The notes under the pieces were generated by a model. That model was not told where the DNA came from. It ran no database searches and saw only the letters and a program-made list of their open reading frames with translations. The position numbers and the translations under genes were made by a program. DNA of 32,000 nt from Acinetobacter wanghuae (GTDB lineage: Bacteria > Pseudomonadota > Gammaproteobacteria > Pseudomonadales > Moraxellaceae), in NCBI RefSeq assembly GCF_009557235.1, contig NZ_CP045650.1, positions 2,460,001-2,492,000 on the forward strand, written 5' to 3'. Below, piece by piece: positions 1 to 9,799 of the stretch (position 1 is its first letter; each line of letters starts with the position of its first letter).

Positions 1-1593
1 GATCGGTGGATTGGTTACCTGTGCAAACTGCTGACGGAAGTAATCGGATACATGACGTACTTGACGAGATAACACCGCCATTGGCGTATCATCCCCCATT
101 GAACCAACCGCTTCTTGACCACTTTCAGCAATGGGGCGTAACAATTGATCACGCTCTTCAAAGGTAACCATGAACATTTTTTGTGCCGCTTTCAAGGCGT
201 CATTTTTTAAGCCTTGATCACATAAATATTCTTCAAGTTCTGGGCTACCTTGAACGCGCACAGAGTTCTCACGTAACCATTGACGATATGGACGCATGCG
301 TTTGAGATGATTGCTCACATCACTGGTATCGAGTACTTTTCCAGTTTGCGTATCGACAACAAGGATCTGACCCGGACCGACACGACCTTTAGAAACGACA
401 TCTTCAGGTTCATAGCCCCAAACACCAATTTCAGATGCGAGGGTGATGTAACCATTTTTGGTAATCACCCAGCGCGCAGGACGTAAACCATTACGATCGA
501 GCATACAAATGGCATGTCGACCATCTTGAATCACAAGTCCAGCAGGACCATCCCACGCTTCCATATGCTTAGAGTTAAATTCGTAGAATGCACGTAAATC
601 TGCATCTAAAGTTTCGACATTTTGCCATGCAGGTGGCACGAGCATACGCAGTGCACGGAATAAATCCATGCCACCACCGACCAAAATCTCAAGCATATTG
701 TCTAAGCTCGATGAATCCGAACCGGTACGGTTGACGATTGGATTCAGCTCAGTTAAACCTGGCAATAATGGGTTTTCAAATTTTGGTGTACGTGCGACTG
801 CCCAATTACGGTTTGCTGTAATGGTATTGATTTCACCATTGTGCGCGACATAGCGGAATGGTTGCGCTAAAGGCCAACGCGGCAAAGTATTGGTCGAGAA
901 ACGTTGATGGAACACGACAATATGCGATTCTAAACGCTCATCCGCCAGATCTGTATAGAAGTCAGCAATGGCTGCTGGCATCATCAAACCTTTATAGCTA
1001 ATCACTGTTGAACATAAAGTGGTGACATAAAAAGAAGCATCATTCACCAATAATTGTTCTGCACGACGGCGTGCCATGAACAACTTACGGTTAAATTCAA
1101 CTTCAGTCACCCCAATTGGGCAATTCACAATAATTTGTTCAAATGCAGGTAAAGATTGCATCGCGATTGAACCCAATGCATCGTTATTGGTTGGCACGAC
1201 ACGCCAAGCAATAACTTTACAGCCTTCCGCTTCAATTTCTTTCGCAAGTACTTGCTTTGCATGTGCTGCAACAGCAGGATCTAAACTTAAAAATACCGTA
1301 CCGACAGCAAATACTTCACTGAGGGTAATATCACTCAGTCGTTTCGCTTCTTCACGGAAAAATGCTTTTGGCATCGCCAATAAAAGACCACAACCATCTC
1401 CGGTTTTGCCATCTGCGGCAATACCACCACGGTGGGTCATACAACTTAAACTATGAATCGCGGTCTTGACCAAGTGATGGCTTGCATCACCTTGCATGTG
1501 GGCAATTAAGCCAAAACCACAGTTATCTTTAAACTCATCGGGTTGATATAAACCTTGAGTGGGAGCTACATTGTTCGGCGATGGCATGTGCAT
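1..1593 (-). CDS. gltB: Glutamate synthase (NADPH) large subunit, N-terminal 531 codons; gene continues beyond the left edge
   Basis: The reverse complement from 1593 reads [57 protein letters not shown]... and stays open to position 1. The Cys after a short propeptide, followed by the Ntn-amidotransferase region ([14 protein letters not shown]), is typical of GltB. An SD-like GAAGGG lies upstream of the ATG. The gene is missing from the ORF track only because it runs off the window. Confidence 0.9.
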   Translation of the reverse strand, partial: MHMPSPNNVAPTQGLYQPDEFKDNCGFGLIAHMQGDASHHLVKTAIHSLSCMTHRGGIAADGKTGDGCGLLLAMPKAFFREEAKRLSDITLSEVFAVGTVFLSLDPAVAAHAKQVLAKEIEAEGCKVIAWRVVPTNNDALGSIAMQSLPAFEQIIVNCPIGVTEVEFNRKLFMARRRAEQLLVNDASFYVTTLCSTVISYKGLMMPAAIADFYTDLADERLESHIVVFHQRFSTNTLPRWPLAQPFRYVAHNGEINTITANRNWAVARTPKFENPLLPGLTELNPIVNRTGSDSSSLDNMLEILVGGGMDLFRALRMLVPPAWQNVETLDADLRAFYEFNSKHMEAWDGPAGLVIQDGRHAICMLDRNGLRPARWVITKNGYITLASEIGVWGYEPEDVVSKGRVGPGQILVVDTQTGKVLDTSDVSNHLKRMRPYRQWLRENSVRVQGSPELEEYLCDQGLKNDALKAAQKMFMVTFEERDQLLRPIAESGQEAVGSMGDDTPMAVLSRQVRHVSDYFRQQFAQVTNPPI

Positions 1594-1868
1594 AGCGTAC
1601 CCTTCTTTTTACAAAGCCCTAAAGGGCAATAAAACAATAGAAATTTTTCTTTGAAATGGTGTGTACAGTGACTCGCAGGAATTCTCAACGAGCAAAAATC
1701 ATCATGATGGTATTTGACCGAGCTGTTGCAGTTTAAATCGCATAATTATTCAACCTTATTTTGATTGGTTTATACGCAGTATACTCAACAAAACAGACAA
1801 TTCACCCCCAATATTGAATGATTTTTGCGCCAAAATAGGGAGATTCATTCATTTCATGCACCAATAAA

Positions 1869-1883
1869 GCAAATTTTGTGCCA
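1869..1883 (-). promoter_or_regulatory. Candidate sigma54 (-24/-12) promoter facing gltB
   Basis: The minus strand reads TGGCAC-AAAAT-TTGC, an exact match to the TGGCAC-N5-TTGC core. It points towards gltB, about 265 nt upstream of the gltB ATG. Confidence 0.4.
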
Positions 1884-2028
1884 ACTTAAGCACTATTATT
1901 TATAGGGCTTGCTAGCCCATGCATTTGTGATGCTCAATATTATTATTCTTCATCTTTGATAGAAAATTGCACCAAATAGGCACACTTATTTTTTAAGCAA
2001 AGTAATGTGTGCGCTATTTTAGATCTTA

Positions 2029-2880
2029 TTAATTAAATGGATCATGAATCTCAGTCGGTTGTACACGATTATGATGAGGTTGCGGCTTAGCCACTGGCGT
2101 TTCTACTGTTGTTTCAGATTGCTGCACATCGACGACATTTCCGCCTTCATCACGGCGAGTAATCGTGGTCTTGGTTGAAGGGGTGCGTACGATATTGGCT
2201 TGAGCTGCTTGTTGAGCACGTTTCGCTGCGAGTGCTTCATCCACTTGAGGTAAGGGTACATTTTTCAGTACCACTTCATATTTTTTCTGATTGGTCGTCA
2301 GTTCATCAGAACCTAAATTATCGACGAGTTTTTCAAAACTTTTTAAAGACACCACACTCGGTTTAATCGATGCGGGCAACCCCATATTCAATGTGCTTAG
2401 ATTTTGTTTTGCTTCAACTTCTGAGGAATATAAACCGTATAACAGTACATATTGTTCTGGCACATTTTCACCCGCCACACGCAAATAGACAAAATCCTTA
2501 CGATCGAGTTGTTTCTTCAAAAAGCCTTTTAAAATGGCTTCATCTTTGACACGAAAGACTTCAATCGCAAATGATCTTTGATGGTCATTCACATATTTGG
2601 TGCCACGAAATTCAGCCTCATGATTGACGTTCACAACCGTACGTTTGTTCAAATTAAGCGGATGAACTTCATCATTGAGTGCACCAAGGTGGTTCATTGA
2701 AGCAACTTTCTCAGGTTGAATTTGCAATTCAACTTCAGTTTCAGCATTTTTGCTGACTTCAACAAGTTCGTCTTTATCCGTAATTGCCCAAAACACCAAG
2801 GCAACAAAAAGACAGCCCACCCCACAGACCAGCCAGAAATAATGCTGAATCTTTTGCCATGGGGTACGTAGAGCTGTCAT
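2029..2880 (-). CDS. Membrane-anchored SPOR-like (DamX-like) protein
   Basis: 283-aa ORF 11 nt downstream of the aroB stop, matching the aroK-aroB-damX arrangement. It has an N-terminal TM helix (YFWLVCGVGCLFVALVFWAI). The central segment FAIEVFRVKDEAILKGFLKK...YVLLYGLYSSEVEAKQNLSTL resembles a SPOR repeat. The C-terminus is low complexity. The function is inferred. Confidence 0.6.
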   Translation of the reverse strand: MTALRTPWQKIQHYFWLVCGVGCLFVALVFWAITDKDELVEVSKNAETEVELQIQPEKVASMNHLGALNDEVHPLNLNKRTVVNVNHEAEFRGTKYVNDHQRSFAIEVFRVKDEAILKGFLKKQLDRKDFVYLRVAGENVPEQYVLLYGLYSSEVEAKQNLSTLNMGLPASIKPSVVSLKSFEKLVDNLGSDELTTNQKKYEVVLKNVPLPQVDEALAAKRAQQAAQANIVRTPSTKTTITRRDEGGNVVDVQQSETTVETPVAKPQPHHNRVQPTEIHDPFN

Positions 2881-2891
2881 TGAGTATTAAC

Positions 2892-3971
2892 CTATTGCTG
2901 ATTTGCTAAAATGGCGTGTTGCATGGCTTCGACATCAAAGTCTTTGGTAATGATCGCTTGACCTATTTTTTTCAATAAAATCAGGCGTAATTGACCATTC
3001 AAAACTTTTTTATCATGCGACATAAATGCCAAGAATTCATCTAATGGGATTTTAGGACAAATAATGGGTAATTGGGCACGGGAAATGATTTTTTTTGTAC
3101 GTTCAAGCTCAGCTTCTGAAATCCAGCCCATACGCTGTGACAAATCAGCTGCCATGACCATGCCTGTTGCCACCGCTTCGCCATGCAACCATTCGCCATA
3201 ACCTAAATATGACTCAATGGCATGACCGAAGGTATGTCCTAAATTCAGTAACGCGCGTTCACCTTGCTCTTTTTCATCATTAGCGACAATACGAGCTTTA
3301 TGCGCACATGAACGATAGACCGCTTCCGCAAGTAAGCTTTCATCGCGCGCAATCAAACCGTCCATATGGGCTTCAAGCCAAACCAAGAATTCTTCATCAC
3401 ACAGCAATGCATACTTAATGACTTCTGCAAGACCTGCAGAGAGTTCTCGGTCAGGTAACGTCGCCAGTTGTGACATATCTGCCAAAACCACTTGGGGCTG
3501 CTGAAAAGCACCAATCATATTTTTACCCAATGGGTGATTAATGCCTGTTTTCCCCCCTACACTTGAATCAACCTGAGAGAGTAAGGTCGTTGGCACTTGA
3601 ATAAAGTACACACCACGTTGGAAACAGGCTGATGCAAAACCAGCCATATCACCAATGACTCCACCACCCAAAGCTAGCACCGTACAATCACGGTTAAACC
3701 CAGCTTGCAGCAATGCATCAAAAATAAGATTGAGGTGCTCAATATTTTTATATTTTTCACCATCGGGCAAAATGCACGTCGCCACATTTTTACCCAATGT
3801 GAGCAAGGCATCTTGATAATGGGTTAAATAAAGTGGTGCAACCGTCTCATTACTGACAATCATGACTTGTTTACCCAAAATATAAGGCTCAAGTAATTGC
3901 TTAGGATCGAGTTGACTACCAATAAAAATAGGATAACGACGATCACCCAGTTCTACGTATAAGGTTTGCAT
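2892..3971 (-). CDS. aroB: 3-dehydroquinate synthase
   Basis: 359 aa with [14 protein letters not shown] (NAD-binding) and the metal-binding HTFGHAIE...HGEAVA motifs. It lies immediately downstream of aroK. Confidence 0.95.
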   Translation of the reverse strand: MQTLYVELGDRRYPIFIGSQLDPKQLLEPYILGKQVMIVSNETVAPLYLTHYQDALLTLGKNVATCILPDGEKYKNIEHLNLIFDALLQAGFNRDCTVLALGGGVIGDMAGFASACFQRGVYFIQVPTTLLSQVDSSVGGKTGINHPLGKNMIGAFQQPQVVLADMSQLATLPDRELSAGLAEVIKYALLCDEEFLVWLEAHMDGLIARDESLLAEAVYRSCAHKARIVANDEKEQGERALLNLGHTFGHAIESYLGYGEWLHGEAVATGMVMAADLSQRMGWISEAELERTKKIISRAQLPIICPKIPLDEFLAFMSHDKKVLNGQLRLILLKKIGQAIITKDFDVEAMQHAILANQQ

Positions 3972-4000
3972 GCTTAATTAACCACTTTATTCAACAGAGC

Positions 4001-4537
4001 TTATTGTTTAGATAAAATTAAATTGAGAATACGCTGTGCTAAATCACGAGCAGCACCTTGATTGGTCTCAATAATATGATGGGCGATTTCACGATAGAGT
4101 GGATCACGGATCGCGAGTAAATCACGTAATTTTTGTTCAGGATTCTCGACCTGTAACAATGGACGATTTTTATCTCGATAGGTACGCTGTAACTGAATTT
4201 CAACAGGCGTAAATAAATAAACAACGATGCCACGTTGATGTAGAAACTCACGATTGGGAGCTTGAGTCACCGCACCACCACCTGTGGCTAATACCAGCTG
4301 TGGTCGTAAGGTTAACTCATCAATCACTGCAGTTTCACGACCTCTAAATCCATGCTCACCTTCTTTTTCAAAGATCCATGGAATCGTAGCTCCTGTTTTA
4401 CGTTCAATTTCATGATCACTATCTAGAAATTCACGCCCTAACAGTTCTGCTAAATGTCGTCCAACTGTTGTTTTCCCCGCCCCCATCGGACCTACCAAAT
4501 AGATATTTGGTAGGGTGTCAAACTCTTTGCTTGGCAA
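4001..4537 (-). CDS. aroK: Shikimate kinase (apparent TTG start)
   Basis: 178 aa with P-loop GPMGAGKTTVGR and the LATGGG motif. The first in-frame start after an upstream TGA is TTG, preceded by AGGTGA. Confidence 0.92.
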   Translation of the reverse strand: MPSKEFDTLPNIYLVGPMGAGKTTVGRHLAELLGREFLDSDHEIERKTGATIPWIFEKEGEHGFRGRETAVIDELTLRPQLVLATGGGAVTQAPNREFLHQRGIVVYLFTPVEIQLQRTYRDKNRPLLQVENPEQKLRDLLAIRDPLYREIAHHIIETNQGAARDLAQRILNLILSKQ

Positions 4538-4573
4538 GGAGTCACCTATTCATCTTGTTAATTTCAAAATATA

Positions 4574-6682
4574 TTAATGATTTCTTGAAACAGTGTCATT
4601 AACAATTCGTGGTGTAACAAAAATCAGCAACTCTGCTTGGTTAGAAATTTTCGAATTATTCTTGAATAAATTACCCACAACCGGTAAATCACCTAAGAAT
4701 GGAACTTTATCCGAAGTTGTCGTTTTAAAGTCATCGAAAATACCTCCGAGCACCACTGTCTCCCCATCATTAATAAGTACATTGGTCTGTAATTCATTGG
4801 TATTAATTGATGGTCCTTCAGATGTCATCTCACCGATGGTATCTTTCTCAACTTTAAGTTCAAGTTGAACTTTTCCTTCAGGTGTAATGCTTGGTGTCAC
4901 TTCTAACTTCAAATTAGCTTCTTTAAATGAGGTAGTGGAGCCCTCATTGGCACTATAAGTTTGATAAGGAATTTCTGTTCCACGTAAAATATAAGCTTTT
5001 TGCTTATCCCCTGTTAAAATTTTAGGCGCTGATAACACTTCACCCAGACCATCCGACTGTAAGGCTGTCAATTGAAGATCGAGCATATAATCAGAAATCT
5101 TCAATAAGCCAAAGTTAAACGTACCTGCAGAGGCTGTACTCAGATCTACACCTAGATCAACACGTGGTGAGAAATCACCACCCCACACATTAGAACCATT
5201 TGGCCCACCTGTAAACGTTGGATTATTACGTTGTAAGCCCCATTTAATCCCTAAATCACGAGAGAAGGTTCTTTCTGCAGTTACAATACGTGCTTCAACC
5301 ATCACTTGTTTGACTGCAACATCTAAAAGATCGATCATCTTACGTATTTGATCAATGCGTTGTGATGTATCATTAATAATTAAAGTATTGGTTCGCGTAT
5401 CTACTGAAACTGTACCACGTGGGCTGAGTAGATTTGCTTCACCTAAAGGATCATCGCCATTATCACCACCTGATGAAGAAGATGAATTAGTTGCTTTTTT
5501 AGATGATGTCAGCAATTTTTCAATGTCCGCTGCTTTAGCATAACTAAGTTGAATATATTCAGTTTGTAAAGGTGAAAGTTTAATCGACTGAGCTATCGCC
5601 TTAGCTTCATCCGCTTCCGCTTTAGTCAATTCTTCTATTGGTGCGATCCAAATGACATTACCATTACGACGTTTATCTAATTTTTTTGTCTTCAGTACAA
5701 TATCAAGTGCTTGATCCCACGGTACTTCTTTTAATCGCAGGGTAATATTTCCTTGCACGGAGTCTGCAGCAACCATATTGATATCCGTAAAATCAGCTAA
5801 AAGCTGTAAAACACGTCGTACTTCAATATCCTGAAAATCAAGAGAAATCTTTTTGCCACTATAATGATTATTTACTTTCGGTCTCAATGGATTCTTATCT
5901 TCTGGGCGTTTTAAGCTAATTGTCAGCTTATTGTCCGTCTGGTATGCCATGTATTCATAGCTACCAGAAGTTTGAATCGTAATTAAACCAGACCCATTAT
6001 CATTAATTGAATCAATGGTCGATGCTGGAGTGGCGAAATCATTTACGCTCAAGCGACGGATAAGATGTGTTGGAATTTTAGAACCTAATGTTCTTACAAT
6101 CACTTTTGTTCCTTGTTGCTGAACATCCACAGGGGTATTTGATCCAGCCAAGTCAATTACAACTTGCCCTTCACCTTTTGAACCACGTTGGAAACCAATG
6201 TTCGATACACCTGATACGGCTTGTTGCGTAACAGACGGTGCTACTACATTTGCTTTAGCAGAGTTAATTTTCAGGATAAAGGTGTTGCCTTCAACACGTG
6301 TCGTAAATGCACCGGCATCTGCTAAGTTTACGGTAAGGCGCGCGCGTTGTGCATCTGAGCTTAGATCAACCGCTGAGGCTTCTGCTGTAGCAACATTGAC
6401 CGTAGTTTGTTTCACATTTTGTTGCACTTGATCAAAATCAAGAATTAAACGTGACGGTGATTCTAATTGGTAGGCTTGAGGCTGTGGTGGTAAACCATTG
6501 AACATGACACGAATTTCTGTGCCTTGACCTGGAATTTGTAAAGGTACGACATTGGTTATTGAAACCTGCGCACTCGCCACCTGGGTAATTGCTATTGTAA
6601 TTGCAGCCATTGAAAACTGACGAAACACATGATTCATTGTCTGACCATCCCCAAAATTAAATTTTCTGATACTTTTATTCAT
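4574..6682 (-). CDS. pilQ: Type IV pilus secretin PilQ
   Basis: 702 aa. The C-terminal secretin domain carries VPFLGDLPVVGNLFK and ELLIFVTPRIV, and the N-terminal region is AMIN-like. It is the last gene of the pilMNOPQ order. An alternative start at the internal MNHVFRQF (6637) is possible. Confidence 0.93.
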   Translation of the reverse strand: MNKSIRKFNFGDGQTMNHVFRQFSMAAITIAITQVASAQVSITNVVPLQIPGQGTEIRVMFNGLPPQPQAYQLESPSRLILDFDQVQQNVKQTTVNVATAEASAVDLSSDAQRARLTVNLADAGAFTTRVEGNTFILKINSAKANVVAPSVTQQAVSGVSNIGFQRGSKGEGQVVIDLAGSNTPVDVQQQGTKVIVRTLGSKIPTHLIRRLSVNDFATPASTIDSINDNGSGLITIQTSGSYEYMAYQTDNKLTISLKRPEDKNPLRPKVNNHYSGKKISLDFQDIEVRRVLQLLADFTDINMVAADSVQGNITLRLKEVPWDQALDIVLKTKKLDKRRNGNVIWIAPIEELTKAEADEAKAIAQSIKLSPLQTEYIQLSYAKAADIEKLLTSSKKATNSSSSSGGDNGDDPLGEANLLSPRGTVSVDTRTNTLIINDTSQRIDQIRKMIDLLDVAVKQVMVEARIVTAERTFSRDLGIKWGLQRNNPTFTGGPNGSNVWGGDFSPRVDLGVDLSTASAGTFNFGLLKISDYMLDLQLTALQSDGLGEVLSAPKILTGDKQKAYILRGTEIPYQTYSANEGSTTSFKEANLKLEVTPSITPEGKVQLELKVEKDTIGEMTSEGPSINTNELQTNVLINDGETVVLGGIFDDFKTTTSDKVPFLGDLPVVGNLFKNNSKISNQAELLIFVTPRIVNDTVSRNH

Positions 6683-6699
6683 TGTTATTCCTTCAAAGC

Positions 6700-7227
6700 T
6701 TATGGCGCTGGCCCGATTAAGACAAGACTTCTAGGGCGTTCCACATAACCCTCACGACCGTCCGGTATAATCTCAATTAAATCAATTTGGGTCGGCGTAA
6801 TATTCGTCACGCGACCATGATTTAATCCCATATAACTTCCACGTTGAATTCTTTCAATTTCGCTATCAGGCGTTTGAATCAAAGCAACAATCTGACCTGC
6901 TTGATTTTTCATACTGCCTTTCATATTCAGCGATTCCAATGCATAGCTTTCTAATGGCTGTAATTGGCGAGAAAAGTTTGGATAGACACGTTTGCCCGCC
7001 ATCACTTTTAACTCAGCTGCTAATGAGCTTGGCAAAAATGGACTTTTCAGCTGATGTGCTGCGTAGTTGAACGTTTCAGTTGCTGAAAAATCAGGTGCTG
7101 GCTCAATCGGCAAAGCAGGTTGATTACGAATATTCGCCATTTCCTGATTGACATAATCAATACGCGAATCACAACCCACCAATGCATAGCCAAGCAGCGC
7201 AATTGACGTTATTTTTAGTATTTTCAT
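6700..7227 (-). CDS. pilP: Type IV pilus assembly lipoprotein PilP
   Basis: 175 aa with a lipoprotein signal and lipobox (LLGYALVGC). Its start overlaps the pilO stop by 1 nt (TAATG). It sits between pilO and pilQ. Confidence 0.85.
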   Translation of the reverse strand: MKILKITSIALLGYALVGCDSRIDYVNQEMANIRNQPALPIEPAPDFSATETFNYAAHQLKSPFLPSSLAAELKVMAGKRVYPNFSRQLQPLESYALESLNMKGSMKNQAGQIVALIQTPDSEIERIQRGSYMGLNHGRVTNITPTQIDLIEIIPDGREGYVERPRSLVLIGPAP

Positions 7228-7934
7228 TATTGAGCCCCCTCAGTCGTAGAAGGTTCTTGAGTTGCAGCGGCGCTTCCCACATAACGATACGTTTTGGCTT
7301 TTAAAACATAATCAATTGTTGGAATTTCAGAACGCTTTTCTTTATTTTCAGTCCCGGTAATACTGAAATCATGCAAAGTGACAATACGTGATAAGCCTGC
7401 AATGCTGCTAACAAACGTACCAAACGCATGGTAATCACCTGTTGCTTCAATCGCGATCGGTTGTTCAATAAAGAATTCTTGCTTAATTTCAGATTCTAGA
7501 CGGATATTTTTGAATTTCAGTCCAGAATTGACCCCACTCAAGTTGATGTCTTCAACCAAACCGGGAATCTCAGTTTCTTTCGGCAACTGTTCTAATTGCT
7601 GATTAAAACGCGCTTCCATTTCTTGCAACTGCACTTGGTATTGTTGCAAGTTACGTAACTTCGAATCTTTTTCACGAAATTCGTTTAACAGATTCTGTTC
7701 TTGCGCATTGGCTTGTTGAATAGACTCAATTTTACTTCTAATAAAGCCGAAATAAACCAAAGCAAACACCAAAGCAATGATAAATAACCAACAGGTAATT
7801 TTAACCGCTAAAGGCCATCCACCATAGTTACTTGTATCTAAGGTGTTAAATTGCTGAAAGAACTTTTCCACCGTCATTTTATTTTTTGGTGCAGCAACAA
7901 CATCTTGATTTAATTCATCGAATTGTTGACTCAT
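7227..7934 (-). CDS. pilO: Type IV pilus assembly protein PilO
   Basis: 235 aa with a single TM helix followed by a coiled-coil region. Its start overlaps the pilN stop by 4 nt (ATGA). Position in the pilMNOPQ operon supports the call. Confidence 0.85.
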   Translation of the reverse strand: MSQQFDELNQDVVAAPKNKMTVEKFFQQFNTLDTSNYGGWPLAVKITCWLFIIALVFALVYFGFIRSKIESIQQANAQEQNLLNEFREKDSKLRNLQQYQVQLQEMEARFNQQLEQLPKETEIPGLVEDINLSGVNSGLKFKNIRLESEIKQEFFIEQPIAIEATGDYHAFGTFVSSIAGLSRIVTLHDFSITGTENKEKRSEIPTIDYVLKAKTYRYVGSAAATQEPSTTEGAQ

Positions 7935-8575
7935 GATGTAGCCCCTCCTGTGCTTGCAGCAGGTTGTGATGTTGGCTGATCTGCCGCGACGACTGGAGCA
8001 ACTTGATCTAAGTCAACCGTTACTGTAAAGCTTCCGTAAGTCTCTTCTACACGTGGAATCACTGAGCTTGCTGCTTTTTCTTTTTTCTCTTCAGCCACTA
8101 AGAATGAATTCATAAAGGCATTACGATACCAACTGGATGCTTCTAAATTCCGAAGCAATTCCGCCACAGTATTTGGACTTTCTGCTTTGCCTTCAATGGT
8201 AAATTTATCGCCAGTACGGACAAATTTGGTGATGTACATATTGCTTGGTGTAACACGTACAACTTCATCAATGAGATGCACAGCAATTGGGCGCTGGGTT
8301 TGTAAGCCTTGAATCAATTTCATTCGTTCAACAATCGCATTACGTTGCTCTTGTAAGCCATCTAAAGCTTTCAATTGAACATCTAAATTTTGATTGGTAC
8401 TGACAATCAGCTGATTGGCTTGTTCTTGATCTTGTAATTTTTGATCAAAGTAGAACCATGTTCCACCTGCAGCAGCTAACCCCATTAGCAATGCTGCAAC
8501 TGAATATGCAATAAATTCATTATTTCTTTTAACTCTCAGCTCATCACGCCAAGGAAGTAAGTTAATTCTTGCCAT
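7931..8575 (-). CDS. pilN: Type IV pilus assembly protein PilN
   Basis: 214 aa starting with the conserved INLLPWR motif, then a TM helix. It is translationally coupled to pilM by a 1-nt overlap. Confidence 0.87.
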   Translation of the reverse strand: MARINLLPWRDELRVKRNNEFIAYSVAALLMGLAAAGGTWFYFDQKLQDQEQANQLIVSTNQNLDVQLKALDGLQEQRNAIVERMKLIQGLQTQRPIAVHLIDEVVRVTPSNMYITKFVRTGDKFTIEGKAESPNTVAELLRNLEASSWYRNAFMNSFLVAEEKKEKAASSVIPRVEETYGSFTVTVDLDQVAPVVAADQPTSQPAASTGGATS

Positions 8576-9633
8576 TAATCAAAACTCCTCAATGCTAAAC
8601 CGCATGCAACCATGAGTGATGACGCGTCATTTTCAATTTTTTTAATATCGATTTGAGGAGAAAAGCCCATTTGTAAAAATGGATTCGCGACGGTGACACG
8701 GTAACCGAGTTTTTGCTGTAATAATTTTGCGAGGCCTGGAATATTGGCATTGCCCCCAGCCAATAAAATATGATCAATCTCGTTAAACTGAGATGATGAA
8801 AAGAAGAACTGTAATGAACGTGCGGCTTGCTGCACCACAGCATCCAAAAATGGCTCAAGTACTTCAATGTCATAATCATCTGGCAAGGCACGTGTTTTCT
8901 TGGCACGTCCTGCTTCTTCAAATGACAATCCATAACGGTTTTGAATTTCTTGGGTCAGTTGTTTACCCCCAAAGACTTGCTCTCGGGTATAAATAATTTT
9001 ATTGTTTTGCATGACCGACAAGGTGGTCATACTGTGCCCGATATCTAAAATACCGACCGTATTGACACCCATTGGCAACGTATCGGAAAACACTTTAAAA
9101 GCATTTTCAAGCGCAAAGCTTTCTACATCGGCAATTTTTGGATGTGTACCAGCAATTTGCAATACTTCTGAACGTGCTTCTACGTTTTCAATTCGGGTTG
9201 CGACCAATAATACATTGACGCGATTGGGATTGGACAATCGATCAGGCAGAACCTCAAAATCTAGGCTCGCTTCATCGAGTGGGAATGGAATATATTGTTC
9301 AGCGTCATCGCGAATTTGAACTTCACGCTCATCGCTCGACATATCTGCATCCATTTCAATGGTTTTGGTAATCACCATTGAGGTCGGAATTGCAAACGCT
9401 GCCTGATTCGACTGTGTGTTTGCCAAATTAATGGCACGACCTAAAGCATCTCCAACCGCTTCTGGGTTTAAGATGTTTTTTTCAACGACACTTCCTTCTG
9501 GTAGCGGGATGAGAGCATAGCTCTCTACCCAATACCGCCCGCTTTTCATAGAAAGTTCTAAAACTTTAACAGAGGTCGAACTAATGTCGACGCCTATTAA
9601 CCCCTTATTTGGCTTACGATATAACCTGCGCAC
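8575..9633 (-). CDS. pilM: Type IV pilus assembly ATPase-fold protein PilM (GTG start)
   Basis: 352 aa with an actin-like fold signature (IGVDISSTSVKVLEL, ILLAGGNANIPGL). It is divergent from ponA, as in Pseudomonas. Confidence 0.9.
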   Translation of the reverse strand: MRRLYRKPNKGLIGVDISSTSVKVLELSMKSGRYWVESYALIPLPEGSVVEKNILNPEAVGDALGRAINLANTQSNQAAFAIPTSMVITKTIEMDADMSSDEREVQIRDDAEQYIPFPLDEASLDFEVLPDRLSNPNRVNVLLVATRIENVEARSEVLQIAGTHPKIADVESFALENAFKVFSDTLPMGVNTVGILDIGHSMTTLSVMQNNKIIYTREQVFGGKQLTQEIQNRYGLSFEEAGRAKKTRALPDDYDIEVLEPFLDAVVQQAARSLQFFFSSSQFNEIDHILLAGGNANIPGLAKLLQQKLGYRVTVANPFLQMGFSPQIDIKKIENDASSLMVACGLALRSFD

Positions 9634-9799
9634 AGTATAATTCCTATTATTTTTTTATCCCCAATTTAAAGTAACCCACTAATGTGTTCTGGTCTATAAT
9701 TTTATGTAGATACAATAACTCATCTAACATTATGTATATCTAAAGGATATACTGACCGCTCATTAGTTTGCCATTAGCTCTTATTAAAACTTACTTGTT

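Noticed and set aside
1076-1456. 126-aa plus-strand ORF, plus other track ORFs at 280-486 and 668-853
   Set aside because: They lie entirely antisense to or out of frame with the clearly recognisable gltB coding sequence. Their composition is low complexity, with no start context.
1980-2012. Hairpin GCACAC...GTGTGC downstream of the SPOR gene as its terminator
   Set aside because: It has only a 6-bp stem with a loop of about 21 nt and a poor T-tract. It also overlaps the distal TGCACCAAATAGGCACA motif, so I cannot tell which reading, if either, is functional.
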